Source: the human T2T-CHM13v2.0 reference genome, Homo sapiens. From it: a stretch of 64,000 bases of DNA. The notes beneath the pieces were generated by a model that saw nothing but the letters and a program-made list of their open reading frames with translations, was not told the origin of the DNA and searched no databases. The translations under genes and the position numbers were made by a program. This document shows, piece by piece, positions 1 to 15,432 of the stretch. Position 1 is the first letter of the stretch; every line of letters begins with the position of its first letter. Where the stretch lies: NCBI RefSeq assembly GCF_009914755.1, contig NC_060941.1. The stretch is one strand, 5' to 3'.

Positions 1-273
1 GCACTGAGTCATGGGGGTCCAGGCCCTGCCCTTGCTGTCAGTCTCTCTGTCAGGGACACTCGGCCGTGGGGATCCCAGGGCCTGATTTCCTTAGTTCTCA
101 CCTCTTTCTCTTTCCCCCTCCCCATCTCTTCCCCAGCCCCAGCTTCTCTCTCCCCATCCCCGGCCTCTCTGTCCCCATCACTCTTCTCCACCCGCTCCTG
201 TAATCCTATTTGTTGTCCCTGCTTCAACCCTAAGACCTCATCAGCACGCATGTAACACGTAGCACATGTGTAA

Positions 274-1041
<768 letters not shown>

Positions 1042-1452
1042 TAGGGGGTCAGGGGCCCAGTGTCTTCCTCTGACCCAGGAGGCTTAGGGCCTGTGGGATG
1101 GTTGAGTCTGATGAAGGTGGGACAGGGCCAGCGCCACTCTCTTCCTGCGGCCGCAGCCTTGGAGCTCCCAGCGTCCCCTCGGGGTTCAATCCTCCAGGAC
1201 CTGTGTCTGATGCCTGCATGTGGGTACCTGGGCTCCATCAGGTTCTAGATCGGCCTCCGCCCTCCACTTTCAGGGCTCCAGGCCCAGCTTCTCATGTCTG
1301 TGGGGAGGGTCTCCAGAGCCTTGGTCTGTGGCTGAGCTGTGGAACTTGAAGGCCTCTCTGCATCTTGTCACTCGTGGCCCCTGCACCTTGGGTCATGACC
1401 TGCTTTATGTGGCAACCCTGTGACAGCTGCTAAGTCCTAGAAAACACGTAAC

Positions 1453-1560
1453 AGGACGTGAGGTGCCCTCTGCGCCGTGTGGGCGCGTGCGGGGAGACCC
1501 GGGCCCCAGGACGTGAGGTGCCCTCTGCGCCGTGCGGGCGCGTGCGGGGAGACCCGGGCC
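1453..1560 (+). repeat. 55-bp tandem duplication, CpG-rich
   Basis: aggacgtgaggtgccctctgcgccgtg...gagacccgggcc occurs twice. Confidence 0.9.
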
Positions 1561-1911
1561 ACATGCGAGCGGGGCCCCGAGACATTCTGCACTCGGGAAT
1601 TGCGGGGATTATCAAATCCCGCTTCAGTGGGAAACGTGAGCGAAACCCAAGGTGAGTGGCCGCAGCCTTTCGTCACGTGCTCTCCCGCATGTCCTAAGTG
1701 AGGGCTCAGGCTGAGCTGCCGTTGCCGAGAGCCTTGTGTCTGCTTCGGGTGTCTGCACTGTGAGTGGCTCCGTGCTGGCGTCCGCACCAGCCGCTTGGGG
1801 CCAGACCTTCGCGTCTCTGCAGCTCGGAGCAGTTCTGCTCTTCAGCAGATGCTTGACCGGCTGTAGCCAAGCCTGAGGGGTGGCAGGCTCGGGGGTCCCA
1901 CTGCCTTCTGA

Positions 1912-2052
<141 letters not shown>

Positions 2053-2699
2053 TGAGTGGTGTCTCTTGGGGCCTCAGAGGCGTGAGTGGTGCTGGTGCCT
2101 CTCACCACGTTCCCACAGATTCCCGGGGTCTCGCAGGGTCTGTCTGGGGTCTGAAGGGAGAAGCGAGACACACGCTGTACCAGTTGGTGGCTCAGCGAGG
2201 AAGATGTGCCTGCAGCATATGGTTCTCCGGGCGGCCAGGCCTCAGCCCCTGCGCCTCCTCTTCTAGCCTCCACATGAGGCAGGGAAATGACCGTTGTGTG
2301 TACAATGGACGTAAAGGTAGTATGAGTACAAGGTGGTCCCTGTGTGTAGGAAGGCGTTGTGGGAGCTCCTCCAGCTTGGTGCTCCCACGGACGTGCTTGC
2401 GGACGCTCATCAGCCACCCGGCAAGTGAGAGCTCTGCGTTCCTGAGGATGGAATGTCAAGTGAGAAACATCGCTGCTTTCTAGAAGTTTCTGGCTTTACA
2501 TGGAGGCAGAGTATAGACCCTGTGGGCCTTGACCTCAGAATTGGGAACATCCTCTGGAAGGGTTGTTCCCAGCATGTGCGAGGACGAGGACACGGGCCTG
2601 GTGTCCCCTCGGGCGGGGCCTCGGCAGCCTCTCCCATGAGAGCACAGATGCCGCTCTCGGCAAACAGGAACTCGGCCCAGCCATGTTTTCTTTTCTCGT

Positions 2700-4144
<1,445 letters not shown>

Positions 4145-4681
4145 TGAGGCTCTGCTTTTCATGACTTCCTTTCCGATTAAGCCTAAGTAGCTCATGTATT
4201 AAAGAAAAAGTCATCAGACACAGAGATCAGAATTCCAGGAAATGATCTTCCAGTGCGTTCTGGGTCAGTTATGGTGACTGTAAATACCGTCATCACAGCT
4301 GGCCCTCAAAATAACGCAATAATAACATATTTACATAATGACATATTATGACTGTAAGTGCAGTCAGCCCCATCTGGGGCTGAGGCGGGGGCCCTGCTGT
4401 GCACTCTCCCCCCAGCTATCCCACCGGGCCAGGGGTGGGCCTCAGGGTTGTGCTGGGAGCCGCAGGGCCTGAAGGGGCCTCGGCTGTACGGGGATGAGAC
4501 TCGCAGGGGAGAGGGCAGAGGCCGGTGACCTGGCGAGGACTTGCCCAGGAGATTGGAGCTCCTTGCTTCTGCGCCACGCGGATGCCCCAGGCTGGTCTCA
4601 GCTGGGTTGTTGGCTCTGAGTGGTCATCTCGTTGCTGCCATATTTTCTTGCTTCATTGAATTTCACCGTGTTGGGCCAGTC

Positions 4682-4957
4682 TTTTTTTTTTTTTTTTTTT
4701 TGAGACAGGGTCTAGCTCTGTTTCCCAGGCTGGAGTGCAGTGGCACAATCACAGCTCACTGCAGCCTCTACCTCAGCCTCCCAAGTATCTGGGACTACAG
4801 GCATGCGCTGTAGTCTAATGTACGGCTAATGTTTGTATTTTTAGTAGAGACAGGATTTCACTATGTTTCCCAGGCTGGTCTTGAACTCCTGGCCCCAAGT
4901 GCCTGCCTTGGCCTCCTAAAGTGCTGGGATTACAGGTGTGAGCCACTGCGTCTGGCC
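4682..4957 (-). mobile_element. Alu (AluJ-like, internally deleted/rearranged)
   Basis: poly-T, then gagacagggtct...caggctggagtgcagtggcacaatcacagctcactgcagcctc...gtgctgggattacaggtgtgagccac. Confidence 0.92.
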
Positions 4958-5025
4958 TGGATATATTTGTATCTGGGGCACGTTGGGTCATCCGGAGACA
5001 GCGTGGTCTGTTTTTGGGGGCACTG

Positions 5026-5320
5026 CTTTTTTTTTGTTTGTTTTGAGATGGAGTCTTGCTCTGTTGCCCAGGGTGTAGTGCAGTGGCTCGATTTCAGCTC
5101 ACCGCAACCCCGTCCCGGGTTCAAGCAGTTCTCTCGCAGACTTCTGAGTAGCTGAGATTACAGCTGTGCACCATCACACCTGGCTGATTGTTTGTATTGT
5201 TAGTAGATACAGGGTTTCACCACATTGGTCAGGCTGGTCTCGAACTCCTGACCTCAAGTGACCTGCCCACCTCGGCCTCCCAAAGTGCTGGGATTACAGG
5301 CGTGAGCCACTGAGCCTGGC
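5026..5320 (-). mobile_element. Alu (AluS-like)
   Basis: Full-length antisense Alu pattern. Confidence 0.93.
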
Positions 5321-5888
5321 TTGGGCGCTACTCTTAAGCTGTCAGGTGGACCCAGAGCTGTGCTGGTCTCCAGGGTTTTCTGCCCCTTTAAGGTCTCTGC
5401 TCCCTGGCGCTTCCCTTCCCACCGCTGCTGGGGCAGTGCCGGGGCTTCTGGCCATCTTTTGGGTGGTTCGTCCCCAGCCTTGGACAGCGTCCTCGTACTC
5501 AGGTACTGGCTGACCCAGGCCCAGGTTAGTCCTCAGCGGCCCCCAGGAAGCCCCCTCTGGTGCTCAGAACCTGAGCGAGCTCTGCAGACTTGGAATTTCC
5601 CGCTTCTCACCACGGGCTTCCCGCTGGAGTCTGCCACCTGCTGGACTTGGCTCTGCCTTAACCTTCGGGCGGGAGGCAGATCTGGTCTCTGTTGCTCCAT
5701 CTTTGCTGGACGCTGCACATGTTTTTAAATCTAACAGCATTGAAGGGTTTCCCCTTTTAATTTCTTAATGGGGCATCACTGACTGACCTTCTTACACCTG
5801 CTGTTGGAACAGCCTCCATGTTCACAGGTGCACCCAGCTCGGTTGTGGCGTATTATCCTTTAATACAATGCTAAATACTCCATTTAAA

Positions 5889-6180
<292 letters not shown>

Positions 6181-6224
6181 TAAAATATTGACATATATTT
6201 TTCTGGCTTAAAAATTTCAAAATA

Positions 6225-6482
6225 AGCCTGGGCGCCATGGCTCACGCCTGTAATCCCAGCACTTTGGGAGGCCAAGGCGAGTGGATCACTTGAGCTCCGG
6301 AGTTTGAGACCAGCCTGGCCAACTTGGTGAAACCCCATCTCTACAAAAAATACAAAAACATTAGCCGGGTGTGGTGGTGCCTGTACGGCTTGGGCCTGGG
6401 AGGCGAAGGTTGCCGTGAGCTGAGATTGAGCCACTGTGCTCCAGCCTGGGCAACACAGCCAGACTCTGTTTCAAAAAAAAAA
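6225..6482 (+). mobile_element. Alu with internal deletion
   Basis: gcctgggcgccatggctcacgcctgtaatcccagcactttgggagg...A tail; lacks the segment following cctgta in the right arm. Confidence 0.92.
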
Positions 6483-6489
6483 TTTTTTT

Positions 6490-7950
6490 TCCAAGATAGG
6501 ATGGTAGAGAAAATACCTCCTGCCATGTCCTGCTATGAATACAGCTTTGTATTTCTCTCTACAGTTTTGTCAGTTTTGGCTTTTCAGATTTTGAAGCGTG
6601 TTTGTGGGCTGAATCTTGCCCTTATCACCCATTTCTAGGATGCTTTTTGCTCCACTCATTCTTTGTCTTGCTTCACTTGACTTTGAACTGTATACTTTTT
6701 TCCATCGTTTTACTTTCAGTATCTTCATACATGTATGTTTTTGTACGCCTCTCTTAGAACAGTGTATGGTTTTGTAAAAATTCAGCCTGTAGCTTTTACC
6801 TGCTTCCTTCATGACCTTTATAATCCCCTTGGTTCTCAGCCTGCCACTCACAGGACTTTTCCCTGTGCTGCGTTCCCAGTGCCCCCTCCCCGCCCCCACC
6901 TGTGCTTTTTGTTGGATTAGTAGAATTGCTTTTGTCATTCCATTGTTTTCATATATTTGTTTGGGACATTTTACTTTTTTCTGTTAACGCTTACCCTAGA
7001 AATTAGAAATGACACCACGTATTCTTAGCGAAGTCCAGTTTTCAGCATTTTGTCCTTATTGGACAATAGCAAGGATATTAGAACGTGTTGGTTCCGCGTG
7101 CTTCCGTCTTGAGTTATGTGCTGCTATTGTCGGATATTTTGTCTTAGATGTACGTACTTTCCTGTTCATTGTGGTATGTGTAATTTGCGTTACTTTGAAT
7201 TTTCCACGTTTTTACTTTCTTTGTCTCTCATCACTTACTGCTTTTGGGACCCCCCCCATCGGGGTTCACATTCCCTCTCCCTAGAGCACACTCCCTTGGA
7301 TTTCCTCGAGTGGGGTCTGCTGCGGTGAAGCTTTCCCATTTTATGTGCAGATTATTTTCAGAGGGTATATAGAATTCAGGCAGCTGTTTCGTTGTAGCAC
7401 ATTAAAAATATTTTCCCACTTCCTCCTTGCTTCTGTTGTTGCTTTTGAGTGTTACCTCTGAGTCTGCCTGTGCTCCCTGGAAACGGCCCGGGTTTCCCAC
7501 CCCCTGCCCAGGTTTGCTCCTTCCGTGGTTTTTCTGTCATTATCACGCTCACGTGTTTCCCTCGGTCACCCCCTCTGCAATTTTCACACGTCTTTTCCCT
7601 CTCTCTTTGCTTCATTACCTTTGGCCCGCCTGCCAGCTGCTGATTCTCTCTGAAGATGTCTCTAAATGACTTTTAACTGTGATTTGTGGAATTCTTATTG
7701 TGGAGTTTTGCGTCTTTTCAGGTGTAGGTTTTTTGTCTCGCGTGTTTCCACGTCTGCTTGTAGCGCTTTCCGCTTCGCCGTTCCCTGCGGCCCTTCCTTC
7801 CGTGCCCGGTGTTCATCCTCTTGAATGCTCTTTTCCTGCCTGTTTGGCTGGGTGTGTCTGAGTTGCAACCTGAGCGGGTTTCTTTGTCTTCTTACTTGTC
7901 TGGTATTGTGTTCTCTCGGGACGTTGCGTTTGAGGGGTCGCACCTCAGAG
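6490..7950 (-). mobile_element. Old L1M (L1ME-like) fragments
   Basis: T-rich antisense L1 character; the minus-strand translation includes LKVKRWKKVY, resembling the L1 ORF2 endonuclease N-terminus. Confidence 0.55.
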
Positions 7951-8659
7951 CAAGCCGAGGTCTGGGCTAAGCCTGTGCTTTGGCAGGCAGGACCTTAGTT
8001 TGCCTTTTCTGGGCACCTGAGGAGAGGGTAGCAGCAGCCTGGGGTCTCCTTGACTCACGGTCAGCAGTGAGGGTTTCCTGGCCTGTTGGGTGGCTGGAGC
8101 TTGGCTGCATTCCCCACTGAGAGAGGGAGGTGCGCACCTTCTCCTCCCTGGAGTGGCCTTCCAGGTGCCCTCTGAGAGCTGCTCATCAGGGCTGTGCCTT
8201 TGTCAGCACCAAGCCTCAGCCCTTGTCCCTGCTGCCACTGAAGGCTCAAAACAACACTGCACAGCCTTGTGTGTCCTCTGTGTGTCGGCAGTTTCCCCCG
8301 GCTCTGCAGCAGCCCAGGCCAGGTAGCCTCTGGAGGGAGTGGTGGAGGAGCACGGGCATCCTGGCCGCCGCTGTGTTGGGGACAGACCCTGGGGCCTGGA
8401 AAGGGAGGTGAGGCCCCGTGGGGGCTGCTGCACCACAGGCAAGAGAGCAAGAGACAGCAGAGGCCGGCCAGGTGGTGGCACAGCCGCTAGGGACCAGGCC
8501 GGCCTGTGGAGGTATTGGGATGGGGACCAGCGGACTTGCTGGCAGAGGGGCCTCAGGGCTGCAGGCTTCTTGGACTGAGCCACTGGGAGGACGGAGTTGA
8601 CCTTCTTTGAGACAGAAAAAGTGTGCATCCCGGGGCTGCCTGTGAAAGCTCATCTCTAA

Positions 8660-8770
<111 letters not shown>

Positions 8771-9256
8771 TGAGTTTCAAGTGCTACTGGCCTTAGACGG
8801 AATGGCAGGGCGCAGCCTCCCTTGGCTGAGGGCAGGAGTCCACGGCTCCAGGCGGGAGAGGAGCAGTTAGTGTTACTCCTCAAGCTAACCTAAGATCGTG
8901 CATTCCAATGTTCAAAGCAGTCGCAATGGGAGGTGAGGCAGCCCAGGTGCTGGTGGAGGGAGTTCCCGCGGGAACAGGCGAGCTCTGCCTCTGCTGCCCT
9001 CGCGCTCTGCCCTGGGGGGAGGGAGGCTCCGGAAAGGAGCTGCGTGGTCAGGGGCTGCCTCCCCGATTCTCCTGTGTGCCCTGGGGGTCGCTGTTGAGTG
9101 CCTTGCTCTGCGGCGCTCAGGTGGACACTGGGCAGGTGCGCCAGCCAGCGATAGGCACCTTGGCTGCTCTGTGGCTCCTTGAGGTGGGGGTCCTCATGGC
9201 AGGGCGAGCGGCCCTGCAGGAGATCCTCTGTGAGGCGTCCTCACTTCCCACAGTGA

Positions 9257-9598
<342 letters not shown>

Positions 9599-10143
9599 TG
9601 ACAAGAAGGCCTTCGCTGGCACTGTTGTGTTGGTGTGCTTTCCAGCCGAGCCCCTCTCGTTAACGCGCCTGGGTGACGACGCGTCACAGGCACGCGGCTG
9701 CCAAGGGGCTCTGGACGCCACTGTTCTGGCTTTAAGGACGGGCTGTCCGGCTGGCGTTTCTATGGACATACATTGAGGGGTGACCTGGCGGTGGGATCTG
9801 GCTCAGGAGCTTCCAGAAGGACCCAGGCTGAAGTGGTTCAGCCACACCTAGGGGCAGTGCCCTTCATCCCCAGCACTCCCCGGCTATTAGATTTCTAGGA
9901 TTTCTTTTCTCCTGGCTGCAAAAAAAACCTCAGATGATACAAAGGTGACATTTTCCTAAAAGGCAAAAGTAACTTCATGTTGTATGGTGGTTCTCGAAGT
10001 GGGGTGCCGGACCCTCAGGCTTGGCACCTCTGGGGCTTCAGCAGTGCAGCTCTTGGGCCCTGTGCTGCCGACTCAGCACCTCCAGGGTGGGCCCGGGGCT
10101 CAGACCACCAGCGCAGTGAGACATGATGACCAGGGCACCACTC

Positions 10144-10715
10144 GAAAAGAGAGCAGGCGAGATTGCTTCCCTGATGAAAAGAGAGCAGGCGAGATTGCTT
10201 CCCTGATGAAAAGAGAGCAGGCGAGATTGCTTCCCTGGTGAAAAGAGAGCAGGTGAGATTGCTTCTCTGGTGAGGGAGCAGGTTGGTTAATAGCAGGTGA
10301 GATTGCTTCTCTGGTGAAAACAGAGCAGGCGAGATTGCTTCTCTGGTGAGGGAGCAGGTTGGTTAATGGAGAGCAGGTGAGATTACTTCTCTGATGAAAA
10401 GAGAGCAGGCGAGATTGCTTCTCTGGTGAGGGAGCAGGTTGGTTAATAGATAGCGGGCGAGATTGCTTCTCTGGTGAGGGAGCAGGTTGGTTAATAGATA
10501 GCGGGCGAGATTGCTTCTCTGGTGAGGTAGCAGGTTGGTTAATAGAGAGCAGGTGAGAGTGCTTCTCTGATGAAAAGAGAGCAGGCGAGATTGCTTCTCT
10601 GGTGAGGGAGCAGGTTGGTTAATAGCAGGCGAGATTGCTTCTCTGGTGAGGGAGCAGGTTAGTTAATAGAGAGCAGGCGAGATTGCTTCTCTGGTGAGGG
10701 AGCAGGTTGGTTAAT
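10144..10715 (+). repeat. Compound minisatellite (32-bp and ~44-48-bp units sharing core gagcaggcgagattgcttctctggtga)
   Basis: About 14 copies of the core visible, with two alternative tails (aaaga or gggagcaggttggttaata). Confidence 0.95.
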
Positions 10716-10891
10716 AAAGCATTTAAACAAGAATGATGTCATCTTCACTGCTGGGATCCTGCAGCTAGCTGTGTGTCTGTGGAGGGAGGAGGTGGTTAAT
10801 GGGCCTGGAAGGCACCTCCTCTTGGTTGCAGCCCTGCTGTGGCTGGGATGGGATGCAGGGTCAGCGTCCTCCTCCTGACGCCTTCCACTGA

Positions 10892-11089
<198 letters not shown>

Positions 11090-11823
11090 TGAGTGAAGGC
11101 CCTTCCTGCACGGCCACCTGGGCCTGGCACCGCCCCTCTTCCTGTCCCCACCGTGTCTACTCGTCTCTCCCAAAACCCTCTGATAGGAGGAGGAAAGAGG
11201 GTTCCCAGGTCTCCACATCCTCTGCTTGGGTTTTACAAGGCAGCCGTGCTGCTGTAGCCGAAACCTCTTCTCAACCGCCCTGTCCCCAAACAGTGTCAGG
11301 TGTCAGGAACACAGCAAAGCCATCCATCCCACCAGGGGAGCGGGCACCTGTACCACAAGGCTGTGTCTGGTGGCCTGTGGAGCAGAGGGCACTGAAGGCC
11401 TGGCAGGTGCTGCTGCCCCAGACCTCTCTAAAGTTCTCTTGGAATAGGCCGTGTGAGCACCTGTTGGAAATCAAGAGGCACAGGCGGAAATAAGAAAAGC
11501 TCTCCCCACGCCTCTGCTCTGATGTCCACCCCCTTCCTCAGGGCCATGAGGCCCTCAGGAGGCCATAGTGCCACTCTCCACGTTTACTTTGGCAGGCACA
11601 GTTTCTGCAACATGGGCTGGCTTCTTTACCATGGGTGGAGTAGAATGGCGGTTTTGAAAGATGTGTGTATTGAGTTGGGGGTGGGAGGGTCTGAATGAGA
11701 GCAGAGTGGGGAAAGTGCAGGCTCAGGTGTCCTGGGCCAACCGGTATGTTCCTGGGAACAGCAGTGATGGTGTCTTACACATATGGGCATGGGCACCCAT
11801 GCTGGCTCACACACATGCTCACT

Positions 11824-11829
<6 letters not shown>

Positions 11830-11858
<29 letters not shown>
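11830..11858 (+). repeat. (CA)n microsatellite
   Basis: Direct reading. Confidence 0.97.
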
Positions 11859-11860
<2 letters not shown>

Positions 11861-12961
11861 CTAAAAGGGGAGCAGTCTCGTCACCCCGTGTTGGAGATCA
11901 GGACTGAAGCAACCAGAGGCTGTGTGGGTGTCCACATGGCATACCCGGGGTGGTGGAGTCCCAGGTGTCCTGCCTGTGGACGCTGCTCTGTTTTGAGTGC
12001 CGACTGTGAGGGCCTCCGTGCTGATCCCGGTGCGTTGCTACAGGTCTGTGGGGTCCACGCCCCTTGTTGAATCCAGCAAGGACGTAGGTGACGTTCCCTA
12101 GGTGTCTCCTCGGAACAGTGACCTTCCAACAGGGCTGGGTTCCCATAGAGCTCACGCACCAGGCAGCCGCTGTGGCCTCGGAGGACAGAGGTGGCCTCTC
12201 CAGGGCTTCCGCGAGGTTTTCTGGTTTGGGGAGGAGTGTGTGTCTGCTCCTAAACAAACACGTGGTCCCAGGAGAGGAACCGGGAGCAGCTGGGCTGTCT
12301 TCTCAACATGCGTTGAGAGAATGGCCATCTTAACTACTGCTCTGGATACCCGTTTTTACAATGATTTTTTTTAAAAAAAAACACCAAGGTGCATTCTGGA
12401 CCAGATTCTAAAATAATTGGCTTTAGGACTGAAGAAGCCAGGTGTCCCGAGCGGGGCGAGGCCTCCTCCAGCGAGGCTGGGTCGGGGTGGCCTCCTTTCC
12501 TCACATCAGGGAGGGAGGAACTAGCAGGGTGGGCCTGGGGGCTTCTCCTATCGTTTAATCCCCTTTCTGTTAAAAAAAAAAATCCTTAGAATTTAAAGAG
12601 AATATTTTAAATTAGAAACGAAAAACATGCCCCAGATATCTCCACAGCATTGCTAGAATTTTTATTTCGCATCAACAGCTAAATTAAAACCTGGAAAACC
12701 CTTGTCAGCCCCTCCTTGGCCTCGCTTGGTCTGTCCTCCCGCAGTCCCTGCGCTGGGCGTGGTCCTTCCCGAGGGGCACCCCTTGTTGGGAAGGAACCGT
12801 CCTCCTGCGATTCCGGAAAGGGCTCAGGCTCGAGGCTCTGCTGGAGAACGTGCTCCTGTGACGTCTTTTCTGCCCTCAGCCTGGCTATGGATGTCGGGGG
12901 TGAGGTCTCCTTTCCCTGACTGCGGCCATGGAAGCTTGACGCGGGACCTCCGCACACCTGA

Positions 12962-13138
<177 letters not shown>

Positions 13139-13784
13139 TGAGCTCTGGAATGTTCTGGGGCCAGCGGCTGTGCTTAGCTTCTGCCAGCACGTCCACACGG
13201 CCCGTTCCCTCGTCTCATGTCAGGACCCCTGGGATTACGGGACCAGCAGAGCTGCCTTCTCTGGCCACTGCCCACACCTGTGGGCCCCTGTGGCATCCAG
13301 GCCACTTGCTCTGGGGCGTTTGGGGGGCCGGGGAGTGGGTGGAGCTGGCACCAGCTTGATCCAGGCTCCTCATGCCTGGCCCTGGGGTCTGTTTGTGCTC
13401 CAAGTGCCAAGAGTGCCACCCTACCCCTCCTCATCTGCTTCCCATGAGTGGGGCCGGGGCTGGGTGAGAGGCCCCCAGAAGCTGCCCCTGTGCACCTCAC
13501 CAGCCCGTCACTCTTCTTCTAAAGTAACAAAAACAAGTACCTCAGTTCTCACGGGGGCTGGGGCCCAGGGTTGCTGTGCTGTCTCTCTAGTTACCAGGGT
13601 TGGCTCCTTCCTCTCAGCCTCCTTCCGGCAGGAGGTTATATCTGAGAGGGAGGAGGAGAACCATGTCCAGATACATGGGGGCAGTGGGGATGGGCTGAGC
13701 ATCAGGACACAGCCTCCCCCATTTCTGTGTGTGTAAAGGCTGAACTCAACAGCAGACTTTGGAATTAAATGTGCTTTTTACATT

Positions 13785-13790
13785 TTTATT
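13785..13790 (-). terminator. Candidate distal QTGAL poly(A) signal
   Basis: TTTATT on + strand = AATAAA on - strand, in an isolated AT-rich island inside the last TBCD intron. Confidence 0.6.
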
Positions 13791-14064
13791 AGGAAAAATT
13801 TCAAACGTGTGAATGCAGGTTAAGAGCAGTGCAGTGAACCTCCCTTCCCGCTCCCCAGATGGGGTGCCCTTCCGAGGACACGTTAGTCATGAGCACCTGT
13901 CAGCCACATAGCTCAGGCTGCCGGGTGTGTGGGAAACGGCACAAATGGTTTCCTGCAGGAACCGTGTCAGTCCCCACACAGGGCCCAGAGGGGTGAGGGT
14001 CCCCTGGCTGGGAATGGTGTGTGTTGGAGCTGACCAGCCTGAGCTTGTCTTGTCTCTTCTTCAG

Positions 14065-14079
14065 CCTGGTGCCTGCTGA
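14065..14079 (+). CDS. TBCD: TBCD terminal exon, coding part PGAC-stop, followed by the 3' UTR
   Basis: tctcttcttcAG acceptor, then CCT GGT GCC TGC TGA; matches the known TBCD C-terminus ...VPQPGAC. Confidence 0.93.
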   Translation, partial: PGAC

Positions 14080-14299
14080 AGCCAGTCCTGGAGCCCATAC
14101 CTCACCCCTGCCTGGTGAGGATGTCTTGTTCCTGAGGGAGGCCGGTGTGGAAAGCCTCGCACAGTGGTGCCTCCAGCTGTTGAAGGGTAGCGCTGGCCCT
14201 TGGAGGCTGGCACTAGCTGACAGCTTTTCCTCTCTGCACCTGCGCTCTGGTGACTTGGGGTGGACGCCTCTGCCTTCACTTGAACACAAATGTGCTTCC

Positions 14300-14305
14300 T
14301 ATAAA
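14300..14305 (+). terminator. Candidate proximal TBCD poly(A) signal (variant TATAAA)
   Basis: TATAAA about 220 nt after the stop, followed by U/GU-rich sequence (ccttttgtctctg...tgtgtgt). Confidence 0.5.
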
Positions 14306-14779
14306 ATCATGTACCAAGAAGTTCCTGCCTTTTGTCTCTGAGCCTGATGTGTGTAGGGGTGATGGAAAGGCTCACTGCCCAGGGGTCAGCCAGAGGGGAG
14401 GTGGGCTGCACTCCTCCTGCCTGGAGACCAGGCCCCCTTCTTGCCTGGTGCTGTCCCTGCTGTGGGAGACGTCTGGCCACAGGCAGTGCCCCACCCAGTC
14501 TTGGAGAGAGATGAATGTTAAATCAGAGGTTCAAATGCTAGAGAACTGAGAAGCCCTGGTGGCAGGCATGGTCTGGAGTGCTGGGCAGATGCTGTTTCTG
14601 GGCCCGTCTGCCTGGTGGGGGTGCTGTCCTCCCCCCTGTGCACACGTGAGCATCGTGCATGTGGCCCCTCTGCAGTGCAGGAGTCACTGATTGATGGGTG
14701 TGCCGACCAGCAGCTTCACAAATGTCTGCTGCAAGGGGAATCGTCAGAGTCCAATGTGTGCCTCTACAGTAATGTGGGA

Positions 14780-14785
14780 AATAAA
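14780..14785 (+). terminator. Candidate TBCD poly(A) signal AATAAA
   Basis: Canonical hexamer in the 3' UTR region. Confidence 0.45.
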
Positions 14786-15426
14786 TACCATTCTTGAAAT
14801 AATTACACTGTCTTAAGAGAGCCTGGGCAGAGTCCACACTTGGGTTTTTAGGCAAAGGGCAGGAGGCTACCTTTGTCTCTGTGTCTGAGCTCGTGCTGAT
14901 CCATCCCAAAGCTGGTGAGGGGAACGTGTATAAAAATTTCACTGTGGTAGCAACCCACACCCATCTCTGGGACCTGTGCTGTGCTCATAGGGCTTGAGGT
15001 GCAGAACCACGGCCAGCAGCACCAAAGCAGCCCCAGGTGTGGCCACTCAGAGGCCCAAGGGCTTGGGTGAGCAACCCTTTCCCTATGTGAGGAGCCCAGG
15101 GGTGCCATGTGCGTGGTGTAGATTAGGGTGGCTCCCTGGCCTGCTCTCAGGTGGGGATGGGGCCTGGACACAGGAACATGGGCAGGCCAAGAACTGGGAG
15201 GTGCCACCGCATCTGTGAGGCTTGTGAGGTCACCAGGACCACAAGACCAGGACTGTGACAGTCCGTGCTGTGTGTTTAGCAGACAGCTCTTCACGGGATG
15301 TGTGTGACGACCTGGCCACACAGGAGTGTGGGGTTAACACACTACTGTTGTTGTGTTTGACCTGGTGGCCAATGGTCTTTATACCCTAAAAGAGCCTTGG
15401 GTTACATTTTTACGAGATTTAAATAT

Positions 15427-15432
15427 TTTATT
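15427..15432 (-). terminator. Candidate proximal QTGAL poly(A) signal
   Basis: TTTATT on + strand = AATAAA on - strand, in an AT-rich patch. Confidence 0.55.

Noticed and set aside
7009-7328. Hydrophobic small ORFs in a TBCD intron
   Set aside because: Typical translation of T-rich antisense L1M sequence
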